This document shows positions 26,463 to 36,400 of a DNA stretch of 64,000 nucleotides, in pieces (the stretch's first letter is position 1; every line of letters begins with the position of its first letter). The position numbers and the translations under genes were made by a program. The DNA is from an uncultured virus (IMG/VR IMGVR_UViG_3300043446_000670). Its lineage: Duplodnaviria > Heunggongvirae > Uroviricota > Caudoviricetes. The notes beneath the pieces were generated by a model that ran no database searches, had not been told where the DNA came from, and saw only the letters and a program-made list of their open reading frames with translations. The DNA lies in IMG/VR virus record IMGVR_UViG_3300043446_000670, one strand, 5' to 3'.

Positions 26463-26848
26463 CCATCACCTTGACACGCGAGGAAGCGCAGCAGGTACTG
26501 TATGCGTTAGTCTCATCGACAGGTGAGTTGCATCTCCGTCTTGAAAGCACAACAGATATGCAGTTAATAAACAACAAGAAAGCAATCGAAACCCTCCGAG
26601 CCAGACTAAGCGCACCTGAACCGGACGCCCCAACTCCACGCGACCAATATTGCTATGAACGAGGCTACCAGCGCGCACTAGAAGTTATACGACAGACTCC
26701 ACAGCGCGAATGGCAGGGGCTGACGGATGAGGAAATGGAAGCAGTGGCTAATAGCGTTGAGTACAACCCGTTGGCGATGACGGTTTACGAGTACCGAGTT
26801 GCTGTACAAAAAGCCACATCAGCCAAGCTACGGGAGAAGAACACATGA
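26459..26848 (+). CDS. Small phage protein (REWQGLTDEE motif)
   Basis: ATGA coupling; recurrent WxGLTDEE...KLREKN pattern. Confidence 0.65.
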   Translation: MTITLTREEAQQVLYALVSSTGELHLRLESTTDMQLINNKKAIETLRARLSAPEPDAPTPRDQYCYERGYQRALEVIRQTPQREWQGLTDEEMEAVANSVEYNPLAMTVYEYRVAVQKATSAKLREKNT

Positions 26849-27024
26849 TTGCGCATCTTGACAATGGCAAATCAACAGAGATTCGCCCCGGAGCCGCAAC
26901 GATGGGACTGTCTGTTGTTCGTTGGGAGTTTGATTACAACGACATGATTTGGCTTTTGGAGAATCCTGAATCATTGGCAATACTTGCTACCCGTATGCCG
27001 CCCACATTGAAGGAGAAAACATGA
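26845..27024 (+). CDS. 59-aa hypothetical protein
   Basis: Manual translation; SD GGAG; ATGA overlaps at both ends. Confidence 0.55.
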   Translation: MIAHLDNGKSTEIRPGAATMGLSVVRWEFDYNDMIWLLENPESLAILATRMPPTLKEKT

Positions 27025-27197
27025 TTGATGCCGGGAAATTACAGTACTTCACAATGGCAGCATGGTTGCGAGGTTATGCAGATGGTCTGAATGAGTACGA
27101 ACACAAAACCTTGATATTTAAATTAAACAAGGCTGCTGACATGCTCGACTATGTATGGGGCAAGTACGCAGAAGAGTTGGATAAGAAAGATGATTGA
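27021..27197 (+). CDS. 58-aa hypothetical protein
   Basis: Manual translation; SD AAGGAG. Confidence 0.55.
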   Translation: MIDAGKLQYFTMAAWLRGYADGLNEYEHKTLIFKLNKAADMLDYVWGKYAEELDKKDD

Positions 27198-27324
27198 TTG
27201 GTTCATGTGGTTATGTGCAAAGACCGGGCATTTGATACGCACCGAGTACCCGGAGAGAAGTGAAGGTGTGTACCAGCATTGTCAGTTGTGTGGAATGTTA
27301 ATTAAGGAGAAAGAAAATGGATAA
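27190..27324 (+). CDS. 44-aa protein with C..GH...CxxCG motif
   Basis: Manual translation; fills the gap before the SSB gene. Confidence 0.45.
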   Translation: MIDWFMWLCAKTGHLIRTEYPERSEGVYQHCQLCGMLIKEKENG

Positions 27325-27598
27325 GAAGTATTACGTTGACTCTGGAAGTTTAAATGCATCGAAGTCAAAGAAAGGACAGAACTCTCCAGACTATTGGGGC
27401 GAGATCTGCATTGATACAAAGAATATGGCGAATGTGACCAAGACTCCAGACGGTCACTACGTCTTTCAAATCTCCGGCTGGAAGAAGATGTCCAAAGCGG
27501 GGAACACGTATCTGTCTATTGCAGTTAAACGCAAAAGCCAGAACGACGTAAACCAAGCATCACCTAAAGACGACATGAACGATGACATCCCCTTCTGA
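27317..27598 (+). CDS. Putative single-stranded DNA-binding protein
   Basis: PDYWG...SGWKK...YLSIAV and acidic C-terminal tip DDIPF. Confidence 0.7.
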   Translation: MDKKYYVDSGSLNASKSKKGQNSPDYWGEICIDTKNMANVTKTPDGHYVFQISGWKKMSKAGNTYLSIAVKRKSQNDVNQASPKDDMNDDIPF

Positions 27599-27607
27599 GG
27601 AGACAAC

Positions 27608-27754
27608 ATGAAAGCATTGATCGCAATCTGGGCATTGACCACTGCCACTCTTGTCTGGGCTAACTGCACCACGCACTCTTACTTCATCAATGGTAAAACA
27701 GTGATCTGCACTACCTGCTGTTTCGGGGGCAACTGCACCACTAATTGCTACTAA
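27608..27754 (+). CDS. 48-aa secreted six-cysteine peptide
   Basis: MKALIAIWALTTATLVWA|NCTTHSYFINGKTVICTTCCFGGNCTTNCY; SD GAGGAG; below the ORF-track cutoff. Confidence 0.7.
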   Translation: MKALIAIWALTTATLVWANCTTHSYFINGKTVICTTCCFGGNCTTNCY

Positions 27755-27763
27755 GGAGTCATC

Positions 27764-28114
27764 ATGGAAAAGAGCAAGGCACAACTCGCCAAAGAGTTTA
27801 AACAAGCTAATCCTGAGGCGGATGCAAAGCAAGTAGCAGAAGCTTCAGGTATGCCACTGGCTTACGCGCAGACATGGATTTCCAAATGGAAGCGCGAACA
27901 GGCTGGGACAAAACCCCGCAAGTACAAGAAAAGGAAACCTAAAAAAGTTGTGGTTCCTATGGACAAGTCTAAGGAAGCCATGATGCGCCAAACAATTCAA
28001 ACACAAGGAATAAGAATTTCCCAATTAGAAGTTCAGATTGCTAACCTGCATCACCAGATCACCGGGTATGAGGCTGTCATTAGCTTCCTTGAACACAAAC
28101 TAGAGAAACTGTGA
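27764..28114 (+). CDS. Putative HTH plus coiled-coil protein
   Basis: AKQVAEASGMPLAYAQTW helix-turn-helix-like segment; SD AAGGAG. Confidence 0.55.
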   Translation: MEKSKAQLAKEFKQANPEADAKQVAEASGMPLAYAQTWISKWKREQAGTKPRKYKKRKPKKVVVPMDKSKEAMMRQTIQTQGIRISQLEVQIANLHHQITGYEAVISFLEHKLEKL

Positions 28115-28509
28115 TGGCACTCCAATTTGAAGCGAGGAAGGTTGCTCTTAAGCAAGACCGTACTGGTTTTGTTTTGACCTTGGCTATCCACCCTGACGAG
28201 ATCCCTGAAGAGTTGTTGAGGGATTTTGTTGGGGCACGATATGGGTGCGCCTTGGTCAGGATTCAGGATGATGAGAGTCCAACCCAATATAACAACCGTG
28301 TTCAAAAGGCAGGGATGCTCTGCCGGGACCCAAGTTTCTGGGAATTCCTAGACGCTGATTCAGAGATCACGGCAGCCAATGAACTCTGCCGACGATGTGG
28401 GATTCAATCTCGAACAGAGCTTCATGGGAATGAACACGCCAAACAAATCTTTGATTCGTTGATCAAGGAATACGAGGACTTCAAATATGGCGACGACCCC
28501 TTTAAATAA
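28111..28509 (+). CDS. Hypothetical protein
   Basis: AGMLCRDPSFW...CGIQSRTEL conserved-looking phage motif. Confidence 0.65.
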   Translation: MMALQFEARKVALKQDRTGFVLTLAIHPDEIPEELLRDFVGARYGCALVRIQDDESPTQYNNRVQKAGMLCRDPSFWEFLDADSEITAANELCRRCGIQSRTELHGNEHAKQIFDSLIKEYEDFKYGDDPFK

Positions 28510-28795
28510 ACAATTTGTCGTCTACTTTGACGAACCAACCATGCGGCGCGTAAAGGCATTTGCCAGCAAGCGCGGTATGTCCATGAACCAACTAATCAGG
28601 GAGGGAGTTGAACAAAGGATGACCGATGACAAGCCTTACGTCACCGGGTTTAACGATGCGGTGAAAAAAGCGATGATAGTTGTAGAAGAGAACAACGCCA
28701 CCAAGATGCGTTTCCCGTCAGGGAAATCCTTTGCCGAACTGATTAACGAAGATCTGGAAAGGCTGCTCAAAGATGAAATTACTGGGGAAGAGTAG
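28487..28795 (+). CDS. Ribbon-helix-helix DNA-binding protein
   Basis: KQFVVYFD...VKAFASKRGMSMNQLIREGV. Confidence 0.65.
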   Translation: MATTPLNKQFVVYFDEPTMRRVKAFASKRGMSMNQLIREGVEQRMTDDKPYVTGFNDAVKKAMIVVEENNATKMRFPSGKSFAELINEDLERLLKDEITGEE

Positions 28796-28982
28796 AAACC
28801 AATGCGGCGGTTGTCATGAGTACTTCAACAGTCTTGGAGCGTTTGAGAAACACAGGACGGGAAACTATGGGGGTGGCAGGAGATGTCTTACTCCGGAAGA
28901 GATGATAAAGAAAGGGATGTCCAAGAACGAGGATGGTTTTTGGATTGGCGAGAAGATGACGAAGTGGAAGGCGAAATCATGA
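28773..28982 (+). CDS. FDXHR-type zinc-binding protein
   Basis: CGGCHEYFNSLGAFEKHRTG...RRCL. Confidence 0.65.
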   Translation: MKLLGKSRNQCGGCHEYFNSLGAFEKHRTGNYGGGRRCLTPEEMIKKGMSKNEDGFWIGEKMTKWKAKS

Positions 28983-29080
28983 ACGCTTTTGAATATGTTG
29001 GTTTGACCTTAATGGCTTTGGGGATTGGCATGTTTATCCTCATGGGTATCGTTTACATCATTGCAAAGTACATAGAATGA
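28979..29080 (+). CDS. 33-aa membrane peptide
   Basis: Single hydrophobic helix; ATGA overlaps at both ends. Confidence 0.5.
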   Translation: MNAFEYVGLTLMALGIGMFILMGIVYIIAKYIE

Positions 29081-29649
29081 AGCGCGAACTTTTAATCGGA
29101 TGCGGCTCCGACACACGCAAGAAGATCACTGCGGATGGTACTCATGGATTCGACTATCTCATTACTCTTGATCATTGCAATTTGCATAATCCTGATGTTC
29201 TATGGGATTTGATGGATATGCCCCTGCCGTTTGATGACAATACGTTTGATGAGATACATGCGTATGAAGTCTTGGAACATACCGGGGCGCAAGGGGACTA
29301 CAGGTTCTTCTTTAAACAGTTCTCTGAGTTTTGGAGAATCCTAAAGCCCGGCGGCAAGCTGTTGGCAACATGCCCATCAAGACATTCGCCTTGGGCATTC
29401 GGTGATCCAAGTCATACAAGGATCATGCAAAAAGAACAACTGATATTCTTAAATCAAGAGGCATATGAATCTGGCGTTGGCAAGACAGCAATGAGTGATT
29501 TTCGTGATATATATAAGGCTGACTTTGTGCCCATCATGATTGATGAGAACAAAGATAAGTTTGCGTTTATCATTCAAGCAATCAAGCCAGCGAGAGCATA
29601 TGAGAAAACGACAGATAGCGGAGAATCTGATGCCTCATGTATTGCTTGA
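29077..29649 (+). CDS. Class I SAM-dependent methyltransferase (small-molecule/glycan type)
   Basis: LIGCG, LPFDDNTFD, VLEH, RILKPGG. Confidence 0.8.
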   Translation: MKRELLIGCGSDTRKKITADGTHGFDYLITLDHCNLHNPDVLWDLMDMPLPFDDNTFDEIHAYEVLEHTGAQGDYRFFFKQFSEFWRILKPGGKLLATCPSRHSPWAFGDPSHTRIMQKEQLIFLNQEAYESGVGKTAMSDFRDIYKADFVPIMIDENKDKFAFIIQAIKPARAYEKTTDSGESDASCIA

Positions 29650-29857
29650 CCATTTGATGTCGAAGTTAAATTTAAAGACAGACATGCAACTGGCGAATTA
29701 CTTTGAAATGCCACCGTCAGTTATAAGCAAGGTACGCAATCGAAAGAATGGAGTGTCTGCCAATTTCATATTGTTGATTCATGAAAAGCTAGACATCCCC
29801 GTTGAAGAGATTCGTAAATTGATTGACTTAAGTAAGAGGTATGAAGATGAACACTAA
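29630..29857 (+). CDS. XRE-family HTH protein
   Basis: KTDMQLANYFEMPPSVISKVRN; SD GGAG before ATG 29630 (alternative start 29600). Confidence 0.65.
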   Translation: MPHVLLDHLMSKLNLKTDMQLANYFEMPPSVISKVRNRKNGVSANFILLIHEKLDIPVEEIRKLIDLSKRYEDEH

Positions 29858-30089
29858 AAACGGAATGACTCTAAACGATAACTACGTTTACACGCCATCA
29901 ACAACAGACATTACGATTCGCTGGCGTAAAGCCGGATGGACTCCCCCGACAGAAGACCCAAAGTATCAAAAGAAATGGGCAGACTTCAGAATCCAGTGCG
30001 CTCAAGGCATTGAGAGTCTGGGTCGGCAAGCACCACAGTTCAATCCATCTGTGGTCAGCCCGTCCGTGATGAAGTGGAAAGAGAAGTGA
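29841..30089 (+). CDS. Hypothetical protein
   Basis: TDITIRWRKAGWTPPTE motif. Confidence 0.55.
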   Translation: MKMNTKNGMTLNDNYVYTPSTTDITIRWRKAGWTPPTEDPKYQKKWADFRIQCAQGIESLGRQAPQFNPSVVSPSVMKWKEK

Positions 30090-30406
30090 TCTATAGGAAC
30101 AAGAGACTTCTCGAAGCCGTCAGGCATTCACCATGTCAGCACTGCGGTATAGAAGATGGCACTGTCGTGGCGGCTCACAGCAATCAGCTTAGGGATGGGA
30201 AGGGCAAAGGCATTAAAGCCCATGACTACAGAATCGCAGCCCTATGCCATAAATGCCATTACGAAATAGATCAGGGAAGTAAACTCTCCAAGCAGGAGCG
30301 TTTAAACGTATGGGAAGAAGCCCACAGAAAGACCGTGGGCTGGCTCTTCGACAACAGCATCCTTATTCTGAGACCATCTTCTTCAGATTCTGCATATTCT
30401 GAGTAA
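30074..30406 (+). CDS. DUF1364/DUF968-like zinc-binding nuclease-fold protein
   Basis: CQHC...VVAAHSN...GKGIKAHD...LCHKCH. Confidence 0.7.
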   Translation: MEREVIYRNKRLLEAVRHSPCQHCGIEDGTVVAAHSNQLRDGKGKGIKAHDYRIAALCHKCHYEIDQGSKLSKQERLNVWEEAHRKTVGWLFDNSILILRPSSSDSAYSE

Positions 30407-33400
30407 GCTGGTTTTCCATTTTGGTAATGTCTAGGATCGCGTCGCGCTTCTGATCACCGCTCATCTGGGAGTTGCGGATCATGTTCTTCATGTCCCGTAG
30501 CTCCTTCATCTGCTTCTCAAGGTCTTGGATGTAATCCTTGGTTGCCAATAGTTTCATATTGTCAGTCATGTACTCACCCATGTCCTTGTAGTTCATGGAT
30601 TTTTCCAAGAGATTGATGGTGCGGGTAACCTCGTCCACCGAATCCTTCATCTCATAGAAGGCAGTGACGGTGCCCCGTGCTTCCGGGTCAAGGGCAAACC
30701 GTTTGATGATGGGCATCTGCTCCAGACGCTTGGAGACCTTGGGAGAGTCGCCGTTGAAGTCCATGACCATATCCAAGACATCCACCGCATATCCACCCAT
30801 CGTGCCTGTGTAGCCCTTGAACAGATGGTCAATCTGGATGGGGGAAAGCCCTGCCATTTTACCTATCCATTGAGCAAACATCGATGTTCCGGGACCGACT
30901 TGGAACTCCGGGGCAACATCCTTTAAACCCTGAGGAACGATGTCCCGACCGGTGAAGAAGGAATGATTGGTAACCACTTCCACAAGCGGCAGGGCAGTCT
31001 GTGGGATAGGGTTGAACGCAAGGGTGGAGGAAAGCTGCCGTCCCATTGACCGGGCAAAGTCTTTGCCTGTGTCGTCCCCAAAGGTGACCCCCATGATCCG
31101 TTCGGGGATGACTTTAAACAGGATACCCACCTCAAACGGGATAGGGATCTTGACACCCAAGGATGGAAACAGCCAGTAGTTGTCCCGTGTTTCCTGCTCC
31201 TGTTTCTTGTACTCATCGTCATCATGGGTGAGCGCCCAGTACATACAGGACAGGGCGAACATGGTCATGCCGCGAACGATAAACGCTTTCTGGACTGCCT
31301 TGGGGTCATTCCCCATTCTTCCAAAGGCGGCGCGGTACAGGACATCCAGACCCTGAATACGGGCGTTTAGGAACGGCACGGCGGCTGTCAGGACGCGGAT
31401 TACAGCAGAGCTTCCCTTGCGGTTGAAGTTCATGACCTCCATCGCCCTAAACAGGGCTTCTGCCTCGTTCCCGGTCTCAGCTAGGGTGTTCTTGTACACC
31501 TCCATACGGGTGGCTGCGTCAGAGGCTGTGGTGCCCTTTTCAAGGGCTTGCCAGACACCGGTGAAGTAATCCGTGCCTTTCTTGATCCCAGCCTTGATCC
31601 GCATTGCCTCTTCCATCGTCTTGCCTGACTGCTCGACGTTCTGGGAAAACTCGTAACCGCCGATCAGACCAGCGTTTAAAAGGGCAGCGTACTCCGGTGA
31701 GGAGTTGGATATTGCCTTACCGAAATTGGCAATGGTTGAGACCACAGGCTTCATGTTTGCCCCTGAGGTCACATATGCCGACATGGAATCCCTGACCATG
31801 TTTGCCAGCATAAAGCCGGGGTCTTTGGTCACAAGGTTTCTCAGGACATTTGCCGGGGTGGACAATAAGCCAAGGAACGGCAGGTCTGGCAGGTTCAGGC
31901 TCTTGATCGCATTGATGAACAATGGATCATGGCTCTGGTAGTACGTCAGCTTGCCGTTCTCTAAGGTCGTGAAGACATCGGGACCTGAAGATACATGGTT
32001 TAAACGTGTAGCCTGCCCAATCTGCGTTGCCACATTTGCTGCCCGTTGTGCCGCGACATTCTTGATCCCCATCTGGATGGAGGACTGAGTATTCCTGACA
32101 ACGGTCTCAAGGAAGTCTGCCAGAGGAGCTTCCCCGCCCTTTAATTTTTTAGGACCTTTGACCCCGGAGATTGAGGCGAACAGGTTCGGACCAATGGTCT
32201 TCTCCCCGTCAAACTGGCGGTAGAAGGGGACATAGTCGCTGTACCGGGTGAACTCGTCAGCCTTGTTCTTGGACAGGACTCCAGTGTCCACGAGGAACTT
32301 AACAAGACCGTTATTGAACTTGATCCATTCCTTCTGGATCTGGTCAAACTCAGGATATTGCTGTCCAATCTTTTGGGCGCGAGCAATCATGGCGGGGGTG
32401 TAAACCTCTTCCCTGCCATCTGCCAGCAGTCTCTTGCCGCGCTTGGCTCCAGCCCAGTATTGGTAAAGCTGGTAGATCGTGGGATCTCCATACTTGGCGA
32501 GCGGGGCAAAGATGGCAACAGGACCCTTGACCGTATTGTTCAAATTGCTGACCGTGGTTACCCCGTTCTTATAAACAGGGACACCTCCTACTCGGTCATG
32601 AACACCAAGGGCAGATGCGGTAAGACCCGCGCCAAGATCAGACATCAAGGCAGCAGCTTCAGCACTGGAATCTGCCATGAGCTTTGCGCCACCCATCTTT
32701 TGCACAAGCGCCCTGTCGTATTCACCCAGTCGGTTGTACCGGTTTAAAGCCTTCTCGCGGAAGTAGGAGAAGGACTCCGGGGAAAGAGCATTGGTTATGC
32801 GCTCAACAAAACCTTGCTCAACACGAGCCGTAGTCACCCTGTCCACATCAGCCATGATGGCAGGGTCGGTGGTGTTACGCAGGTTGTAACGAATGTCAGG
32901 GTTGAACTGATCAAACGTGCCTACATTGCCAGTGGCAGACTTTAACTGCTCTGGATTGTAAACAGCAAGGTTCTTCCTGCCGCCTTCTTTGACGTAAAAA
33001 CCGTCGAAGCCAGCGGCTTTAATAAGCTCTTGAATTCGGGGCGTTTCTATTGTTTCCCATGTGCCAGTAATAATTTCATTTATTGGTAAAGCATAGGTTG
33101 ACTCAGCTTCTATTGCCCTGATGTGTTCAGGGTTACTAAAATCAAACGGGTTCTGTGCGCTAACGTAAACAGGAAGGATGTTTGCGCGGGATGCCAAATT
33201 ATTACGAGCTATTTCTAGATACTCATCAAGAGGATCGGTGCCTTTTGCCTTTGCAACTTTTGCTCCCTCTTTTTTAAATTGATCTATTTGTTTCTCAGTA
33301 AAAAATTCCCTTGGGTTACGCTGCATGTAGTTTTCAGACATTTCAGCAAAACTTCCAGCAAACTTAGGATCGTCAGTTACAAATATTGCATTAGCTTGTT

Positions 33401-36400
33401 TAGGTTTAAACTCAGTAATGTCTTGCGCAGTCCCGTGGTACATGACCTTGGGCGTACCGTCTTCGTTGACTATCTTCGATTCGCCAAACCACTTTTTAAA
33501 TTGTGGCGTGTCGCGCAAAGAATAGCGTTTCATGGGAGTTTGACTAATGTCTATTCCCTCTTTCGCTACCAAAGCAATGCCAGTTTCATCAAACAAACCA
33601 TCGTAGCCAAGTGCAGTCAATGACTTTGCTAGTGAGTCTGTCATATCTCCAGAGTAACCAACCTTCCAGTGGTCAACAACAGGGCTTACATCATGCGCTC
33701 TACGGGCGGCTTGCCACAAGCCATCACCAGCTTTAACTTTTTTGTAATCGGGAAGCTGTAGCGCTTTGTTTAAAGTATTTGCTTCTGCCTGAGTAAGTTT
33801 TTTGTTGCGGTTTAACAAAGAATAATCTTGGTCTGTGATGGCAGAGAAAACATCCCCCTCCATGCGTAACAAACCTTTCTCTTCATCATACTTAGCTCGA
33901 AGCGTATCTATTTCTGATTTTGAGTGACCTGTTGCAAGATCTTCACCACCAAACCAAATTAAGTTACCCTCGTCCATCATGCCGCCACCAGACTTATATG
34001 GCGGTCTTGCTAGTAATTTTTTACCACCAGCTTTGATTTCTTCAGCTCTAGTTTGATGCGCTCCGTGATATATCCTTGTGCCTTTTTTAAGAATATAAGT
34101 TTCTCCCTTTGGAAGATCTCTTAGGCTAAATTTCTTTACAGCAATTGGAATTGTTTTGGTTAGCTCAGGCTTTGGCGGTTCTGCCGTTTTAAATTGATCC
34201 TGATCTGGGGCAACGACGGTGTCTCCATCAGTCTTTGGATCATATTTAACAAAGAAGCCATCGGTCTTCTCTGTGGCGTTCTTCTCGCTTAATGTACCTG
34301 CCTTGTTGCGTAAACCAACAATGACCCCTGCACCCTCAGACTCTTCCTTCTCTCTGCTGTACTGGTCTAAGTAACGGGCATCGTACAGATCACCATCCAA
34401 GATGCGATAGGTCTTGCCGCTTTTCTCATCTTTCAAAAACTTGGGCAGGGCAGACTTGCTTGAGAAAGCCATCGCCACATTGAAACCATTGTTTAAACGG
34501 TCTTTCACTGTTTCCCAGTTGTGGTCGTACCTGCCAGCCTTGTTCTTGAAGAACACGGGCTTGCCGTCAACAATCTGACCAAATCCTGTGGAGGAATAAG
34601 TCAGGTGATGGTTGGGCGCAATAGAGTCGCTGTTTATCTTTGTGTAGTCATAGAACATCACATCCTTATTGCCGTCTATAACGCCACGGAACATGGACGG
34701 CTTAAAGTCCGATGTAACATTTAAACGCACAGCGGGTGCGTAGATGTCTTTGGCGATGTTCTCCATCTTCCCGGTTTCCGCGTTCTTCTTGCGGACAGTC
34801 GGAGAAGCAGACCATTTTCTCAGGGAGTCAATCTCTGACTGTAGGATGACCGCAAAAGCTTCTGGGTTCACAATCAATGCTTCAGTCTTTAGGTACTGAA
34901 CCATCCTTGCCCCTGCGCGGAAAGAACTTTTGTTGATGCTGCCAACGTCTTCAGCCGCCGCGCCGCCAAACATGAAGTTCCCGCCAGATGTCTCGCCCAA
35001 GCAAAGACCTTCACAAATGGCAGAACGAGGGCAGGTAGAAGTCTTTTCAGTAATCTTCTGGGCAGAAGCCAAACCTAAACCCTGAGAAGCAACAGGCAAC
35101 CCATCGTAGTTAAGGTTGTAATCACCAATACGAGTCTTCTCTAGCTTACCGTTCTCCGTTAATAAAGAACCAACATTATGTTCCCGTTTCAACAGTTTTC
35201 TTGCATTGGTTACTAAAGTTTTTCTTTCAGCAACGGTGGCAGCTTTGTATTGTTTTATGGCATCCGTAATACGTTTCTCATGGTCGTCATAACTAAAAGA
35301 CTTGGCAATAGCATCCGACCTAGCCTTCTGGATGGAATGCTGCTTCATCTTCTTGTTGAAGTACTCCCCTTGAGCAACGGGGATGTACACATCCACCCTG
35401 CCATCGTCGTACATTCTGTCTACCTGCAACATGTCTGGGGTGACATACACCAAGACGGTGCTGCCATCCACATCCTGTTCCATGTCCCCCTTCTCAACCA
35501 AGATCTTGGCTCCAGAGGATTCATTGGTTAAATGGATTCGGTTCCGACCCTGCGCCGGGATAACCTTGGTACTGTTAATCGCCAAAGACTCATCTTTGGT
35601 GGTGTGGTAGTACAGGGTGATCGTCCCGTCCTTATTGATGGGAAGATTTAACGCCGGATCAAAGGACAGATGCTTCTCAGGGTTGTATTTCTGTAACGAG
35701 TATTTAACCTCATCGATAGGTACGTTTAAACGTCCTTGTGATGTGTAAGGCAAGAATCCGTCCGTGGCGTACATGTCCAAGGCTTCTTCACGTTCTTGGG
35801 GGGTAGCCCGCCAAGCATCGTTTTGATCAAACTTAGGCTCGGATGGTTTAACAACTTGCTTGGTCGGTTTAAGCGCACCGCGCTCAACTTTGCCAAAGAT
35901 GTCTTCGGAGGTCTGGAACCCAGCCCCGGCAAAAGCATTTTTCAGCGCCTCAAAGAACAGCTTTAAACGCTTCAAGATGGCAGACATCATCCCCGGAGGG
36001 GCTTTAGTCATGTCAAAGTCGCCAAAGGCATCTGCGATGGCTTCTTCGATAATGGCGTTCTGGTCTCCCTTGTAGACATTCATGTATGCGTCATACCGGG
36101 ACTGCTGACCAGCCTCTAGGGGGTCACCATTAATGTTTCTTTGCCTGAGGTAGGTGTCTATCCACTTGGTCTTAGCTTCTCTCTCCAACGCCTTCCATTG
36201 CTGGGGCGTGAAGAATCCCAACTCTTTCAAGGCATGGATGGACTCATGGCGCAGGGTTCTGATAGGGTTAGCCGAATCAAGGGCGATCTTGATGACAGAC
36301 TTGGAATACTCCCCCTCTGCCTTCATGTCCTTCTCAAGTTCTAGCGCGACATCCTTTAGACCAAACCGGTCAAGCAACGCACGTAGAGGTGGCTTTACCT

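Noticed and set aside
29077..29649. Methyltransferase as the DNA methylase behind GTTTAAAC enrichment
   Set aside because: Lacks DPPY/NPPY or PC catalytic motifs; resembles small-molecule class I enzymes
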